A stretch of 64,000 nt of DNA from NCBI GenBank assembly GCA_047972995.1, contig JBKEBD010000002.1:204330-268329 (forward strand), read 5' to 3'. This document shows, piece after piece, positions 1 to 8,893 of the stretch; position 1 is the first letter of the stretch; each line of letters opens with the position of its first letter. Origin of the DNA: Mangrovibacterium sp. (lineage in GTDB: Bacteria > Bacteroidota > Bacteroidia > Bacteroidales > Prolixibacteraceae). The position numbers and the translations under genes are program-made. A model generated the notes under the pieces. That model saw nothing but the letters and a program-made list of their open reading frames with translations. It did no database searches and was not told the DNA's origin.

Positions 1-1
1 G

Positions 2-493
2 GCTGAAAATGAGCAGGTGAAGCAAGAATATGCTAAAGTGCAAAGCAAAAATGAAAAGCTACAGCAGCAAACAAACCAACTTTCACAGGTGGTGAAACAG
101 GCTTCGCAGTTGGAGGCTCGCAACATTCATGTTTATGGGCTAAACTCGCGTGGACGTGAAACGGCGAATAGTTCGCGTGCTGTGCAGTTGCAAATTCAGC
201 TTTCGCTAAGCAAGAACCTTACAGCTAAAAGAGGTGCTAAGAATGTGTATGTGCGTATTCTCCGACCAGACCAAGTGTTGCTCATTCCTACCGATGGCGG
301 TTCTTTCCCTTATGAGGATTTAAATATTCCTTATTCGGCTTTCCGCGAGGTGAACTATGAAGGCAATGAATTGACGTTGAATATTTATTGGGACAACGAA
401 GGTTTTGAACCTTTCATGGATGGTAACTACACGGTTGATGTGTTCTGCGATGGCGACAACATTGGCACGGCATCGTTCTCTTTTAAACGATAG
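2..493 (+). CDS. C-terminal part of a coiled-coil protein of unknown function (5' end outside window)
   Basis: The frame is open from the window edge to the stop at 491-493. The visible N-terminal part is Q/K/E-rich and heptad-like (EQVKQEYAKVQSKNEKLQQQTNQLSQVVKQ), followed by a beta-rich C-terminal domain. A hairpin plus T-run follows at 519-560. No family recognised. Confidence 0.6.
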   Translation, partial: AENEQVKQEYAKVQSKNEKLQQQTNQLSQVVKQASQLEARNIHVYGLNSRGRETANSSRAVQLQIQLSLSKNLTAKRGAKNVYVRILRPDQVLLIPTDGGSFPYEDLNIPYSAFREVNYEGNELTLNIYWDNEGFEPFMDGNYTVDVFCDGDNIGTASFSFKR

Positions 494-518
494 CTTAAAA
501 GATACCAATCTACATTAA

Positions 519-560
519 AACAGCTATTCCTGCTATCGGTGGGGATAGCTGTTTTTGTTT
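519..560 (+). terminator. Rho-independent terminator
   Basis: A 9-bp stem AACAGCTAT (519-527) / ATAGCTGTT (545-553) is followed by TTTTGTTT, about 26 nt after the stop at 493. Confidence 0.7.
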
Positions 561-831
561 CTGCTCAACTCTTGCTGTCCGTTTTTAGTTTGGGGCTTAA
601 TCCAACACTCACTCCCCCAATTATTTTCAATAAAAAATCGGCTGTTTTTCGGCATCAATGCAACTATAACACATTGAAAATAAGCGATAGCATTTTGTAT
701 CATCTCCCAAAACTCGAATTGTAGGACACTTTTGTTGATTTTACTTATTGTATTTTTGGGTATCCCTCCGAGCAACTACATCTTTTCCACCTCACTCAAT
801 TGATCTTACTTAGCCTTCATGAAACGAGTAG

Positions 832-966
832 AGATCCGCACAGGAATGGATGCACAAGCATTACAAAGTATGGCAGGCTAGAGGCTTGAATCAGACCCAA
901 TATTGCCGAGAGAATCATGTTGTGCTTCGACAGTATCGATATTGGGCTAACAAGATCGAAGCGGAA
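832..966 (+). pseudogene. Relic of a small HTH transposase accessory ORF (IS3/IS66 orfA-like fragment)
   Basis: The stop-bounded frame reads RSAQEWMHKHYKVWQARGLNQTQYCRENHVVLRQYRYWANKIEAE. The W-x3-G-L-x-Q-x2-YC...YW pattern resembles the HTH of IS orfA/TnpA proteins. In-frame stops lie just upstream (811, 820, 829). The listed 73-aa ORF continues only by running antisense into the MaoC gene. Confidence 0.3.
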
Positions 967-996
967 TTAGTGTCCTTTATTTTCAAGATGCCAAAA

Positions 997-1467
997 CTAG
1001 TCTTTCTTGAAATGATAAAGGAAAGTTACCACACCATCGAAGGCTGGCTTTTTACCGCCTTCAATTTCTAGTTGAATTTTTAGTTGAACACGGCTTATTC
1101 CGCGAAGATCTTTAATGTCTTTCAACCACACGTGTGTACGCACTTTGCTATCTACCAACACAGGAGCTCCAAATTTGAAACTCTCAATGCCATAGTTCAC
1201 CAACATTACTATATTTTCTACAGTGGCTATTTGTTCCCACATTTTGGGGAGTAACGACAGTGTTAAATATCCATGAGCAATTGTAGTACCAAATGCACCT
1301 TCTGTTTTTGCTCGCTCAGGATCGGTGTGTATCCATTGGTGATCAAGTGTTGAATCGGCAAATAAGTTAATCTGCTCTTGAGTGATTTTAAACCATTCTG
1401 AATGACCAATTTTCTCGCCTAAAAAAGCAGCGAATTCCTCATGATTTCTAATTACAACTGGGCTCAT
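997..1467 (-). CDS. MaoC-family (R)-specific enoyl-CoA hydratase/dehydratase, hot-dog fold
   Basis: 156 aa. The region FADSTLDHQWIHTDPERAKTEGAFGTTIAHGYLTLSL is typical of the MaoC dehydratase domain. Confidence 0.85.
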   Translation of the reverse strand: MSPVVIRNHEEFAAFLGEKIGHSEWFKITQEQINLFADSTLDHQWIHTDPERAKTEGAFGTTIAHGYLTLSLLPKMWEQIATVENIVMLVNYGIESFKFGAPVLVDSKVRTHVWLKDIKDLRGISRVQLKIQLEIEGGKKPAFDGVVTFLYHFKKD

Positions 1468-1633
1468 AATATATAAAGTTTGCTATTTGTCCACGTAAAT
1501 ATAGTGATATTTGATATATCACAACGAATGAATCTTTCTAAATAAGTTTTTTAGGAACAAAGCTTGTTTAGGGTGCTGCTACTGGCGCATATTTCGGGTT
1601 TTCTAGTTTTTTGTCTCCTCTTGTTCGCCTAGA

Positions 1634-1668
1634 AACAAAAAAACCAGAGATTAATCTCTGGTTTTTGT
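1634..1668 (-). terminator. Rho-independent terminator after rpmF (usable in both directions)
   Basis: Perfect palindrome ACCAGAGATTAATCTCTGGT (1643-1662) flanked by an A-run and a T-run. On the minus strand it is followed by TTTTTTTG, 47 nt downstream of the rpmF stop. Confidence 0.8.
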
Positions 1669-1708
1669 ATCATGTATCTCCATTTTCAGGAAATGTGTTT
1701 TGCAGAAA

Positions 1709-1894
1709 TTATACTGCTAAATCTTTTTCGATTGCTAATTTACCACGGTAGTAACCACACTCGCCACATACGGTGTGATATTTTACTGTAGCTCCACAGT
1801 TTGAACAAGTAGCCAAAGTAGGAACCGCAGCTTTGTGATGAGAACGTCTTTGATCTCTTCTAGCTTTCGATGTTTTGTGCTTAGGATGTGCCAT
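1709..1894 (-). CDS. rpmF: 50S ribosomal protein L32
   Basis: 61 aa, MAHPKHKTSKARRDQRRSHH... with a CxxC...CxxC zinc ribbon (CSNCG...CGECG). Confidence 0.97.
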   Translation of the reverse strand: MAHPKHKTSKARRDQRRSHHKAAVPTLATCSNCGATVKYHTVCGECGYYRGKLAIEKDLAV

Positions 1895-1895
1895 C

Positions 1896-2450
1896 TTACT
1901 TTAATTTTTTATCTGTTTCTAATAATTTTTTCAATTCGTTCCATCTAGAATCGGTTGTTTCTTCTTCTTCCGTTTCCTCTGAGAAATAATTTAAACTCTC
2001 TATTCTTTCAATCATTGCAGGATTGCATTGGCTTTTGCCATTTTCATCCTCGGGGTGAACTGTTCTGATGGGCAAAGCCAAAAGAATATAATCGTATATC
2101 ATTTGTGCCACATTGATTTGGCTTTCGTTCACATCAACCCAAATCACATCATCGCCTTCTTCAAAGCTTGATTCACCATATTTTACATACACCTTTGCCT
2201 TGTTTTTTATCGGCTCTGGGTATGTCTCTAAACAGCGGTCGCAAGCCACATAAGCTACACCCTTAACTTTAAAGTCTAGCGTGAGCAAGTTGCTTTGCTT
2301 ATCGAGCACCACTTTCACCCGAACGTCACCTTCCTCCACAATACCTCCGTCGAAATATTCGAAAAAGGGTTTTCCTATCGTATATTCAAACTCTGTTTTG
2401 CCTAGAGCTAAGCCTTTAAAGGCAATATTATATGCTGATATTCCACTCAT
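1896..2450 (-). CDS. yceD: DUF177/YceD-family protein (large-subunit rRNA accumulation protein)
   Basis: It lies directly upstream of rpmF (1-nt gap), the conserved yceD-rpmF pairing. It has a CDRC...acidic tail architecture. Start chosen at the internal ATG (MSGISAYNIAFKGL...), because the longer 204-aa form adds a hydrophobic non-conserved leader. Confidence 0.8.
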   Translation of the reverse strand: MSGISAYNIAFKGLALGKTEFEYTIGKPFFEYFDGGIVEEGDVRVKVVLDKQSNLLTLDFKVKGVAYVACDRCLETYPEPIKNKAKVYVKYGESSFEEGDDVIWVDVNESQINVAQMIYDYILLALPIRTVHPEDENGKSQCNPAMIERIESLNYFSEETEEEETTDSRWNELKKLLETDKKLK

Positions 2451-2627
2451 TGCATCAAAAAAGTTTTGCAAAAGTATGAATTTTACAGTAAACACGAAAG
2501 AATAACTCAAAAAAATAGTTTTTTTCTTGAGTTATTCACAATTAATTGTTGATTTTCTGCCAATCAAACGCTTAACTATGGTAATTTCTACCTTGCGTGG
2601 CGTGTTCAACCGAAAAAACGGTTTTGC

Positions 2628-3536
2628 TTACCACAAATTCAATAGGCTCACCCCTATACTAAATGGTGTCATTTCGGGACCTCTACCATCTTTAAACAGT
2701 TTTGAAAAACTGAAAGTAGCATAGAGCGAGCAGTTATTTCCACCTATTTGCACAATGCCCGAGCCTTTAAAGGGCTGAATGGCTAAGCTGCCTTTATCTT
2801 TGTATTTGGTGTTGTCGGCTTTCACTTTGGTGAGCGATTTAATATTTAATCCACCTACTACACCGGCACTCACAAACATTTTATTCCTCCCGTTATTCAC
2901 AGGAAACTGATATTCCACCATTAGTGGCGCAGTAAGGTAACAAAGCATGAGCTTTGATTTCTTAAAGTCATCGTTGGTAACTTCTATTGGATAGATTTGT
3001 CCGTCGCTATTCTTATCGATAGTTACGTTATTATCGAATTTGTAGTTGTTCCAGCTAAATCCTAATCCTGTTACAAGTCCGAAGTTCTGACGCTTGTTTA
3101 AAGCAATGTTCCATTCCAAGACATTAAAATTCACTTCTAACGATGCTGCTTGACGTAAATCCATAAATTCGGAAGGCACATCAGGCACTGGTTCATACAT
3201 ACTATAGTCGGTCTTGCCGAAACCATTTACCCCTATTTGAAACGATGCCCAATGCCCGTTGAAGCGAGCTGGACGTTTGCTTTTTTCCAATTTCACCCAA
3301 GTTTTGGGTTCTTCTTCAATGAAGATGTATCCTCCATGCTCATTTTTTGTTTCTTGTCGACGCACACTTTGCCCCACAACTACCGATAAGCCGCCCACTC
3401 GAACGGTTGTCGTGTCGCATTTCACATTGGTGGAGTCGTTGCCTGAAATATTGGTAATGACCACTTTTTGTGCATAACTGTTTTGTAGTGTTCCTAGCGC
3501 TAGCAAGCAAACAAAACTTAAAAATAAATTCTTCAT
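2628..3536 (-). CDS. Outer-membrane beta-barrel protein (porin-like, unknown specificity)
   Basis: Signal peptide MKNLFLSFVCLLALGTLQNSYAQ, alternating amphipathic beta-strand pattern, and a C-terminal aromatic residue (...SLLNLW). Confidence 0.75.
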   Translation of the reverse strand: MKNLFLSFVCLLALGTLQNSYAQKVVITNISGNDSTNVKCDTTTVRVGGLSVVVGQSVRRQETKNEHGGYIFIEEEPKTWVKLEKSKRPARFNGHWASFQIGVNGFGKTDYSMYEPVPDVPSEFMDLRQAASLEVNFNVLEWNIALNKRQNFGLVTGLGFSWNNYKFDNNVTIDKNSDGQIYPIEVTNDDFKKSKLMLCYLTAPLMVEYQFPVNNGRNKMFVSAGVVGGLNIKSLTKVKADNTKYKDKGSLAIQPFKGSGIVQIGGNNCSLYATFSFSKLFKDGRGPEMTPFSIGVSLLNLW

Positions 3537-3566
3537 ATGTGTATTTTTTAAAATACGGATGTGGAA

Positions 3567-5204
3567 TTAATTTGTTGCAGAAAGATGCTCTTGATAGCTT
3601 TTTTCATCGGCCGACAAGCGAACGGCTACGTGCATGGCTTGGTCTATTTCTTGAATAATAGGGTAAAATCCTACCTCGCCTAGTATATTGCGTGCAATGT
3701 AGGCTTTCACCTGTGTTTCAATAATATCACCCGACGCTTTCAAGCCTTGTGCACTTCGTTTAACACCTTCTTTGCTTGCAAAATCTACAAACTGATTCAA
3801 GATTTTTTCTCGCACTAAAAATTTCTCTAATTCTTTAGCCGAATCATATTGGCTCAATTTCTTACGATTAGCATCAACATAGTCGAGGGCGAAACGATAG
3901 GTTAATCCTTTTTGCACAATTTGCGAAAAGTAAGTGCTATATCCTGTGGTATCGACAGGCACAAACACATCGGGCATAACGCCTCCGCCACCATATACGG
4001 TTCTGCCGTTGGTTGTTTCGTAGCGCAAAGAATCGGAGAAGTGGATGCTATCGGCCTGAGCCAATTCACCGTGTTCTATACGATTAAAGATGTCATGATT
4101 ATATTCCTCGGTGCCTTCGCTGTAAGGTTTCTGAATGCATCGACCGCTAGGAATATAGTATCTAGCCACGGTGAGACGGAGAGCCGACCCATCGGTGAAT
4201 GGCACTTGCTCTTGCACTAATCCTTTTCCGAAAGAGCGGCGACCCACGATAACTGCTCGGTCGTTGTCTTGCAAAGCTCCCGAAAAAATTTCGCTTGCTG
4301 ATGCTGAATATTCATCGATAAGCACAATCACTTTCTGATTGCGAAGAACACCTCGCCCATCGGCTTTGCTTTCGCGTCGTGCTCTGGCTCTTCCTTCGGT
4401 ATAAACAATCATGGCATCTTTAGGTAGAAATTCATTTACCATTCGAATGACCGAGGTGAGATAGCCTCCTGGATTTCCACGTAAGTCGATAATGAACTGC
4501 GTAGCTCCTTGGTCGATGACGTTCTGGCAGGCAAGCATAAATTCTTGATATGTTTTTTCAGCAAATCGACTCACTTTTATATATCCTGTGGTATCGTTCA
4601 GCATGAAATTAACATCTACACTATATAATGGTATCTCGCCACGTGTAATATCGAACCAAATGGTGTCGTGAATACCTTTTCGTTCCACGCCCACTTTCAC
4701 AGTTGTTCCTTTTTCGCCACGCAGCAGGTTCATTACGGTTTCGTTTTTTACCTTCACCCCGGCAATCAATGAATCTTCTACCATGGTGATACGGTCGCCC
4801 GGTAGCAATCCGAGTTTTTGTGAAGGACCTCCTGAAATAACATCTACCACACGCACGGTATCGTGTTGAATAGAGAATTGCACGCCAATACCTCCGAAAT
4901 TTCCACTCATTTCTTGCGAAATTTCTTGCATATCTTTAGCCGGAATGTAAGCAGAGTGTGGGTCGAGCTCTTTCAAAACCACAGGGATAACATCTTCTTG
5001 CAGTTCTTTTATGTCTATAGAATCTACATACGAGTTGTTTATCAGTTGAAAAACAGCATCGATTTTATTTGCTCTGCTATAGCTTTTCAACTCCTCAAAA
5101 TTGATGTTGCTAAAGTTTGGACTTAAAGCTTTGCCAATAAACATACCTAGCACTACGGCGCCAGCTATAATTAAAGGTAGCATGATGGAAGTCTTCTTAT
5201 TCAT
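3567..5204 (-). CDS. S41-family C-terminal processing peptidase
   Basis: 545 aa with an N-terminal TM anchor, a PDZ region (GGIGVQF...PGDRI) and catalytic motifs DLRGNPGGYL, SASASEIFSGALQD and FGKGLVQ. Confidence 0.92.
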   Translation of the reverse strand: MNKKTSIMLPLIIAGAVVLGMFIGKALSPNFSNINFEELKSYSRANKIDAVFQLINNSYVDSIDIKELQEDVIPVVLKELDPHSAYIPAKDMQEISQEMSGNFGGIGVQFSIQHDTVRVVDVISGGPSQKLGLLPGDRITMVEDSLIAGVKVKNETVMNLLRGEKGTTVKVGVERKGIHDTIWFDITRGEIPLYSVDVNFMLNDTTGYIKVSRFAEKTYQEFMLACQNVIDQGATQFIIDLRGNPGGYLTSVIRMVNEFLPKDAMIVYTEGRARARRESKADGRGVLRNQKVIVLIDEYSASASEIFSGALQDNDRAVIVGRRSFGKGLVQEQVPFTDGSALRLTVARYYIPSGRCIQKPYSEGTEEYNHDIFNRIEHGELAQADSIHFSDSLRYETTNGRTVYGGGGVMPDVFVPVDTTGYSTYFSQIVQKGLTYRFALDYVDANRKKLSQYDSAKELEKFLVREKILNQFVDFASKEGVKRSAQGLKASGDIIETQVKAYIARNILGEVGFYPIIQEIDQAMHVAVRLSADEKSYQEHLSATN

Positions 5205-5262
5205 TTGCGCTTTAATATTGGGTATTGGGGTTTGAGAATTTTAAGGGCTGAAAGTTAGTGAT

Positions 5263-5282
5263 AAAAAGCTTACAAGCTTTTT
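5263..5282. terminator. Weak AT-rich bidirectional hairpin downstream of the dCMP deaminase gene
   Basis: AAAAAGCT-TACA-AGCTTTTT, an 8-bp stem in which the A and T runs form part of the stem. Confidence 0.35.
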
Positions 5283-5400
5283 AAATGTTGCTCTAATTCT
5301 CAATTCATAACTCATTGTTGCTTAGATTAAGGAAATTTAGCGCATATTCTGGTGTTGAAAGGAGGCTTCAACGCGATTTTTTATTTCGCTTTGCTCTAAG

Positions 5401-5823
5401 CTATTCTAGATCTACCTGCACAATTTCAACCTTTGCTCGCTGAAGCAGCTCAATGCCGTCTTCCATGCGGTAGTTATCGAGAAATACCACCCGAGCAATA
5501 CCCGCCTGAATGATTAGTTTGGCACATTCTAAACAAGGAGAACAAGTAACATATAAGGTGGCACCTTCACTACTGTTGTTCGACTTTGCCACTTTGCTAA
5601 TTGTGTTAGCTTCGGCATGAAGCACATAGGGTTTTGTCCGCCCCGTTTCTCCGTCTTCGCAGCAATTCTCAAAGCCCGACGGCGTGCCATTGTAACCGTC
5701 GGAGATAATCATTTTATCTTTAACCAATAGTGCGCCAACTTGGCGACGAGTGCAATAAGAGTTCTCTGCCCACACTTTAGCCATGCGCAGATATCGTTTG
5801 TCGAGAAGCTGCTGTTTGCTCAT
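5401..5823 (-). CDS. Deoxycytidylate (dCMP) deaminase
   Basis: 140 aa with the zinc-binding motifs HAEANTI and CSPCLECAKLI of the cytidine/deoxycytidylate deaminase fold. Confidence 0.92.
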   Translation of the reverse strand: MSKQQLLDKRYLRMAKVWAENSYCTRRQVGALLVKDKMIISDGYNGTPSGFENCCEDGETGRTKPYVLHAEANTISKVAKSNNSSEGATLYVTCSPCLECAKLIIQAGIARVVFLDNYRMEDGIELLQRAKVEIVQVDLE

Positions 5824-5827
5824 TTCT

Positions 5828-6205
5828 TTATTTTTTATTCACGGTTTGCATTCTAACCATTTGCAACAAATCTTCTGCCCTAATGGGTTTCGCCAAATAA
5901 GCATCGCAACCACAAGCCAGAGCTTTTTCACGGTCTTCATGCATGGCAAAAGCTGTTTGCGCTACAATTTTAATTTCCGGATGTGTCATTTTAATTGTTG
6001 CCGTAGCCTCAAATCCATTTACATTGGGCATTAACATATCCATTAATATCAAATCAATGTTTGGATTCTCATCCACCATGTCGATAGCTTCTTGACCATT
6101 CTTTACCCAAATGATGTTCGCGTTCATCTTTTTTAAAACTGCTTTCAGATAAAGATAATTCGACTCTACATCTTCGGCAACCAAAATTTGAAGTTTCTTT
6201 GTCAT
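5828..6205 (-). CDS. Stand-alone response regulator receiver (CheY-like, no output domain)
   Basis: 125 aa with the acidic pocket EDVE, phospho-acceptor context LILMDMLMP, T in VAQTA and K in LAKP. Confidence 0.9.
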   Translation of the reverse strand: MTKKLQILVAEDVESNYLYLKAVLKKMNANIIWVKNGQEAIDMVDENPNIDLILMDMLMPNVNGFEATATIKMTHPEIKIVAQTAFAMHEDREKALACGCDAYLAKPIRAEDLLQMVRMQTVNKK

Positions 6206-6474
6206 GTTTTTCTAATTGTGTGATTGCAACCGAGGCTTTAGGTAGCCCTTGCTACAAGGTTTAGGTTTTAGAGGCTCATATTTATGGCTAATATAAAAAC
6301 TATATTCCATATAATTACCACAAATAACACATTAAGCTTCATTTTCTTGGAAAGAAGTTAAAACAGTAATTGCAAATGTGATAATCGCAACTAATTAGGG
6401 TTTGTTAGCTTAAAAATGAACGCAAAGGTTTTTGTATGTCAACAAAAAATGTTCAAAATATCAAACCTTTTTGG

Positions 6475-6663
6475 CTCTATGTCGTTTGTAGTGGGTAAAG
6501 CTCATCGGGCTTCAATCATAATGATTGAGATTAATCCCCTACGGGGAATAGTGGCGTGAGTATTTTATGTTATTAAGATTAATCGCCTACGACGAAGTAT
6601 TTACACACAAAACGACATAGACCAAAATTACCCACTATATTCGACATAGAGTCATTTTTTTTT
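6475..6663 (+). other. Candidate structured RNA or MITE-like element closed by a long imperfect inverted repeat and ending in T9
   Basis: CTCTATGTCG (6475-6484) and GTGGGTAA (6491-6498) pair with TTACCCAC (6628-6635) and CGACATAGAG (6642-6651), followed by TCA plus T9 (6652-6663). Internal hairpins are CAATCA-TAA-TGATTG (6513-6527) and CCCC-TAC-GGGG (6536-6546). A 16-nt direct repeat AGATTAATC(C/G)CCTACG lies at 6528-6543 and 6576-6591. A duplicate of the 3' arm (AAACGACATAG, 6610-6620) offers an alternative pairing. Confidence 0.35.
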
Positions 6664-6911
6664 GCTTCAACACATTCAACCTTCAATAGCACCAAACAAT
6701 AAAGTCAATCATTTATAAAGCAAAAGAGCAAAAGAAAACTATAATTTCAATGCGAATAGGCATTAATTGAAAAACATACAGTCGCAACGTAGGTAAAAAC
6801 CAATCAATTACAAGGTAATTGTTTCATTATAAGTACTCCGCGCTTTTTAAATTTTCATTAAGCAAGGTACACCTTAACAAATAATTAATGTAACATATCA
6901 AACAAAAGAAC

Positions 6912-6919
6912 TATCTTTG
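6912..6919 (+). promoter_or_regulatory. Bacteroidetes-type -7 box (TATCTTTG = TAnnTTTG)
   Basis: Exact match to the TAnnTTTG consensus, 40 nt upstream of the ATG at 6959. Confidence 0.4.
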
Positions 6920-6958
6920 TGATACTATTATTGAAAATATCGCTAAAATCACAAATTC

Positions 6959-7189
6959 ATGAAACGCTATTTGCAATCTTTCAGCTACTGTGCTGCCATC
7001 GCTTTTATTCTATTTTTGGCTAGTACACACAACGACAAAGCCACGGCATTTGCTTTTGAAACCTCAAAAACAAATACACTAGCTAACCCATCGGCACTCA
7101 ACACCCTGCCAATCGCCTGGGTAGATTCGCTAGATGTTACGAACCCACATGGAATTAAGACTTTAACACGAAACCTTACCATGCGTTAG
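6959..7189 (+). CDS. Orphan small secreted protein (76 aa), unknown function
   Basis: ATG start and a signal-peptide-like N-terminus (MKRYLQSFSYCAAIAFILFLASTHNDKATA). A -7 box lies 40 nt upstream and a 13-bp hairpin 23 nt downstream. It is the only ORF in a 1.1-kb intergenic region. No homology recognised. Confidence 0.4.
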   Translation: MKRYLQSFSYCAAIAFILFLASTHNDKATAFAFETSKTNTLANPSALNTLPIAWVDSLDVTNPHGIKTLTRNLTMR

Positions 7190-7211
7190 TGTTATTTTAA
7201 CAAAAAAACAA

Positions 7212-7243
7212 CACAAGCCACTTCAACGGAGAAGTGGCTTGTG
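7212..7243. terminator. Bidirectional terminator (better U-tract for the minus-strand antiporter gene)
   Basis: Perfect 13-bp stem CACAAGCCACTTC / GAAGTGGCTTGTG with a 6-nt loop. The minus strand continues TTGTTTTTTTG and the plus strand CTGTTTC. Confidence 0.8.
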
Positions 7244-7344
7244 CTGTTTCTACCCCTCTCGCTTTGTCTAGAAACACCGAAAAATTCCATTAGTAACCTG
7301 AGGCAAAAGCTTATCCGAAATTCAGGTTTTTAATATGCCGATAA

Positions 7345-8838
7345 CTAACCCGTTGGGTGTTCTTGAGCATTTGATTCGTTTGGAAATAATGATAGGTTAA
7401 CATTCGATAAACTATTATCGTTTTCCAATAAAATAACGAGAACATCATTTGCTTTTATGACTGTAGCACCGCTTGGACGAACGAACTGTTCTTCCCGTTT
7501 AATCATTACTATAAATGCCGACTCAGGAAAGCCAATGTCAACAATGCGTTTATCAACGGCAAAGCTTCCAGTTGGGATTGCAATTTCTTTCATAGCTGAT
7601 TTGGGTAAATTTAAAGTGTAAGGGTCATTCCCAATCGAAGTCTTTTCGTCGTCGGGTAAAGCCATTCCCAACCATTTGGCAACCAAAGAAAGTGTGGTGC
7701 CTTGCAGTAAAACAGATGTAACCGATATGAAGAAAACAATATTGAAAATCATATTTGCTTTATCTATACCTGCTAAAAGCGGATAGGTGGCAAATACGAT
7801 AGGAACAGCGCCACGAAGCCCTACCCATGAAATATAAATGCGTCGTCTGATGTTCATTTTAAAAGGAAGTAGGCAAAGGAAAACACCTATCGGACGAGCT
7901 AAAAAGATTAAAGCACATGAGATAAGTAAACCTATTCCAGCTACATCCATAATTTGGCTTGGAAAAACGAGTAAACCAAGCGTAAGGAATAATATGATTT
8001 GCATGAGCCAAGCCATTCCGTCGAACATTTTGAGTATGGTTGCTTTTTGTATGAGATTTTGGTTTCCTAAATAAACGGCACAGATATAAATGGCTAGGAA
8101 GCCATTTCCGCCAATGAAATTAGTTGCCGAAAAGGTTGCAAACATTAAAGCGATAACTAATATGGGGTAAAGCCCTTCAAAATCTAAGTTGATTTTATTA
8201 ATGAAGAATGTACTTAGCTTCCCGAATAGAAATCCGGCAATACCTCCCAATATCATCTGTTGTAAGAAAATAGGAATAATGGATGCAATGCTCTGATCTT
8301 GATGTGTTACTAGACTCAGAAAAGAAATAGTCAATACATAGGCCATAGGGTCGTTACTCCCACTCTCAAACTCAAGCGTAGGACGTAAATTATCTTTCAA
8401 AGCTAGTTTTTTTGACCTCAGAATAGAGAAAACTGCTGCAGCATCGGTAGAAGAAACGATAGAGCCGAGAAGCATACTTTCATAGAAACTTAAGTTGCTT
8501 ACCCACCAAACGAACAGACCTAGCGATAATGCGGTGAACAATACGCCGAAAGTAGATAATGAAATTCCTTCTTTCAATATAGGCTTCACTTTGTTCCAAT
8601 CGGTGTCAAGTCCTCCTGAAAACATAATGAAGTTGAAAGACACTATTCCAATAAACTGAGCTATTTTTGGATTATCGAAGTGTATTCCCCCTATTCCTTC
8701 AGAACCGGCAAGCATGCCGATAAATAAGAATAACAGCAAGGTAGGAACTCCAAACTTAAAGGCTCTCTTAGCAAGAATTACACTGACTAACAGTAATATC
8801 GATCCTATCAGCAATATGTTTTCAATAGTGATATTCAT
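7345..8838 (-). CDS. K+/H+ (cation:proton) antiporter, CPA1/NhaP2 type with C-terminal TrkA-C domain
   Basis: 497 aa with about 12 TM helices, SSTDAAAVFSIL and ESGSNDP motifs typical of NhaP2/CvrA, and a soluble C-terminal about 90 aa RCK_C-like domain. Confidence 0.88.
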   Translation of the reverse strand: MNITIENILLIGSILLLVSVILAKRAFKFGVPTLLLFLFIGMLAGSEGIGGIHFDNPKIAQFIGIVSFNFIMFSGGLDTDWNKVKPILKEGISLSTFGVLFTALSLGLFVWWVSNLSFYESMLLGSIVSSTDAAAVFSILRSKKLALKDNLRPTLEFESGSNDPMAYVLTISFLSLVTHQDQSIASIIPIFLQQMILGGIAGFLFGKLSTFFINKINLDFEGLYPILVIALMFATFSATNFIGGNGFLAIYICAVYLGNQNLIQKATILKMFDGMAWLMQIILFLTLGLLVFPSQIMDVAGIGLLISCALIFLARPIGVFLCLLPFKMNIRRRIYISWVGLRGAVPIVFATYPLLAGIDKANMIFNIVFFISVTSVLLQGTTLSLVAKWLGMALPDDEKTSIGNDPYTLNLPKSAMKEIAIPTGSFAVDKRIVDIGFPESAFIVMIKREEQFVRPSGATVIKANDVLVILLENDNSLSNVNLSLFPNESNAQEHPTG

Positions 8839-8885
8839 CTTTTGTGTGTTTTGAGTAGTAAAGTATCTTAACGTATGTTGTTGTG

Positions 8886-8893
8886 CAAAAATA
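8886..8893 (-). promoter_or_regulatory. -7 box for the antiporter gene (minus strand TATTTTTG)
   Basis: Plus strand CAAAAATA is the reverse complement of TAnnTTTG, 48 nt upstream of the ATG at 8838. Confidence 0.4.

Noticed and set aside
1896-2510. Maximal ORF extents used as gene starts, including 2510, 19634, 24600, 36759, 43935, 50145, 59041 and 61464.
   Set aside because: The upstream extensions add non-conserved or hydrophobic leaders, or use TTG/GTG codons. Internal ATGs match the conserved N-termini of the families and sit at sensible distances from TAnnTTTG boxes.
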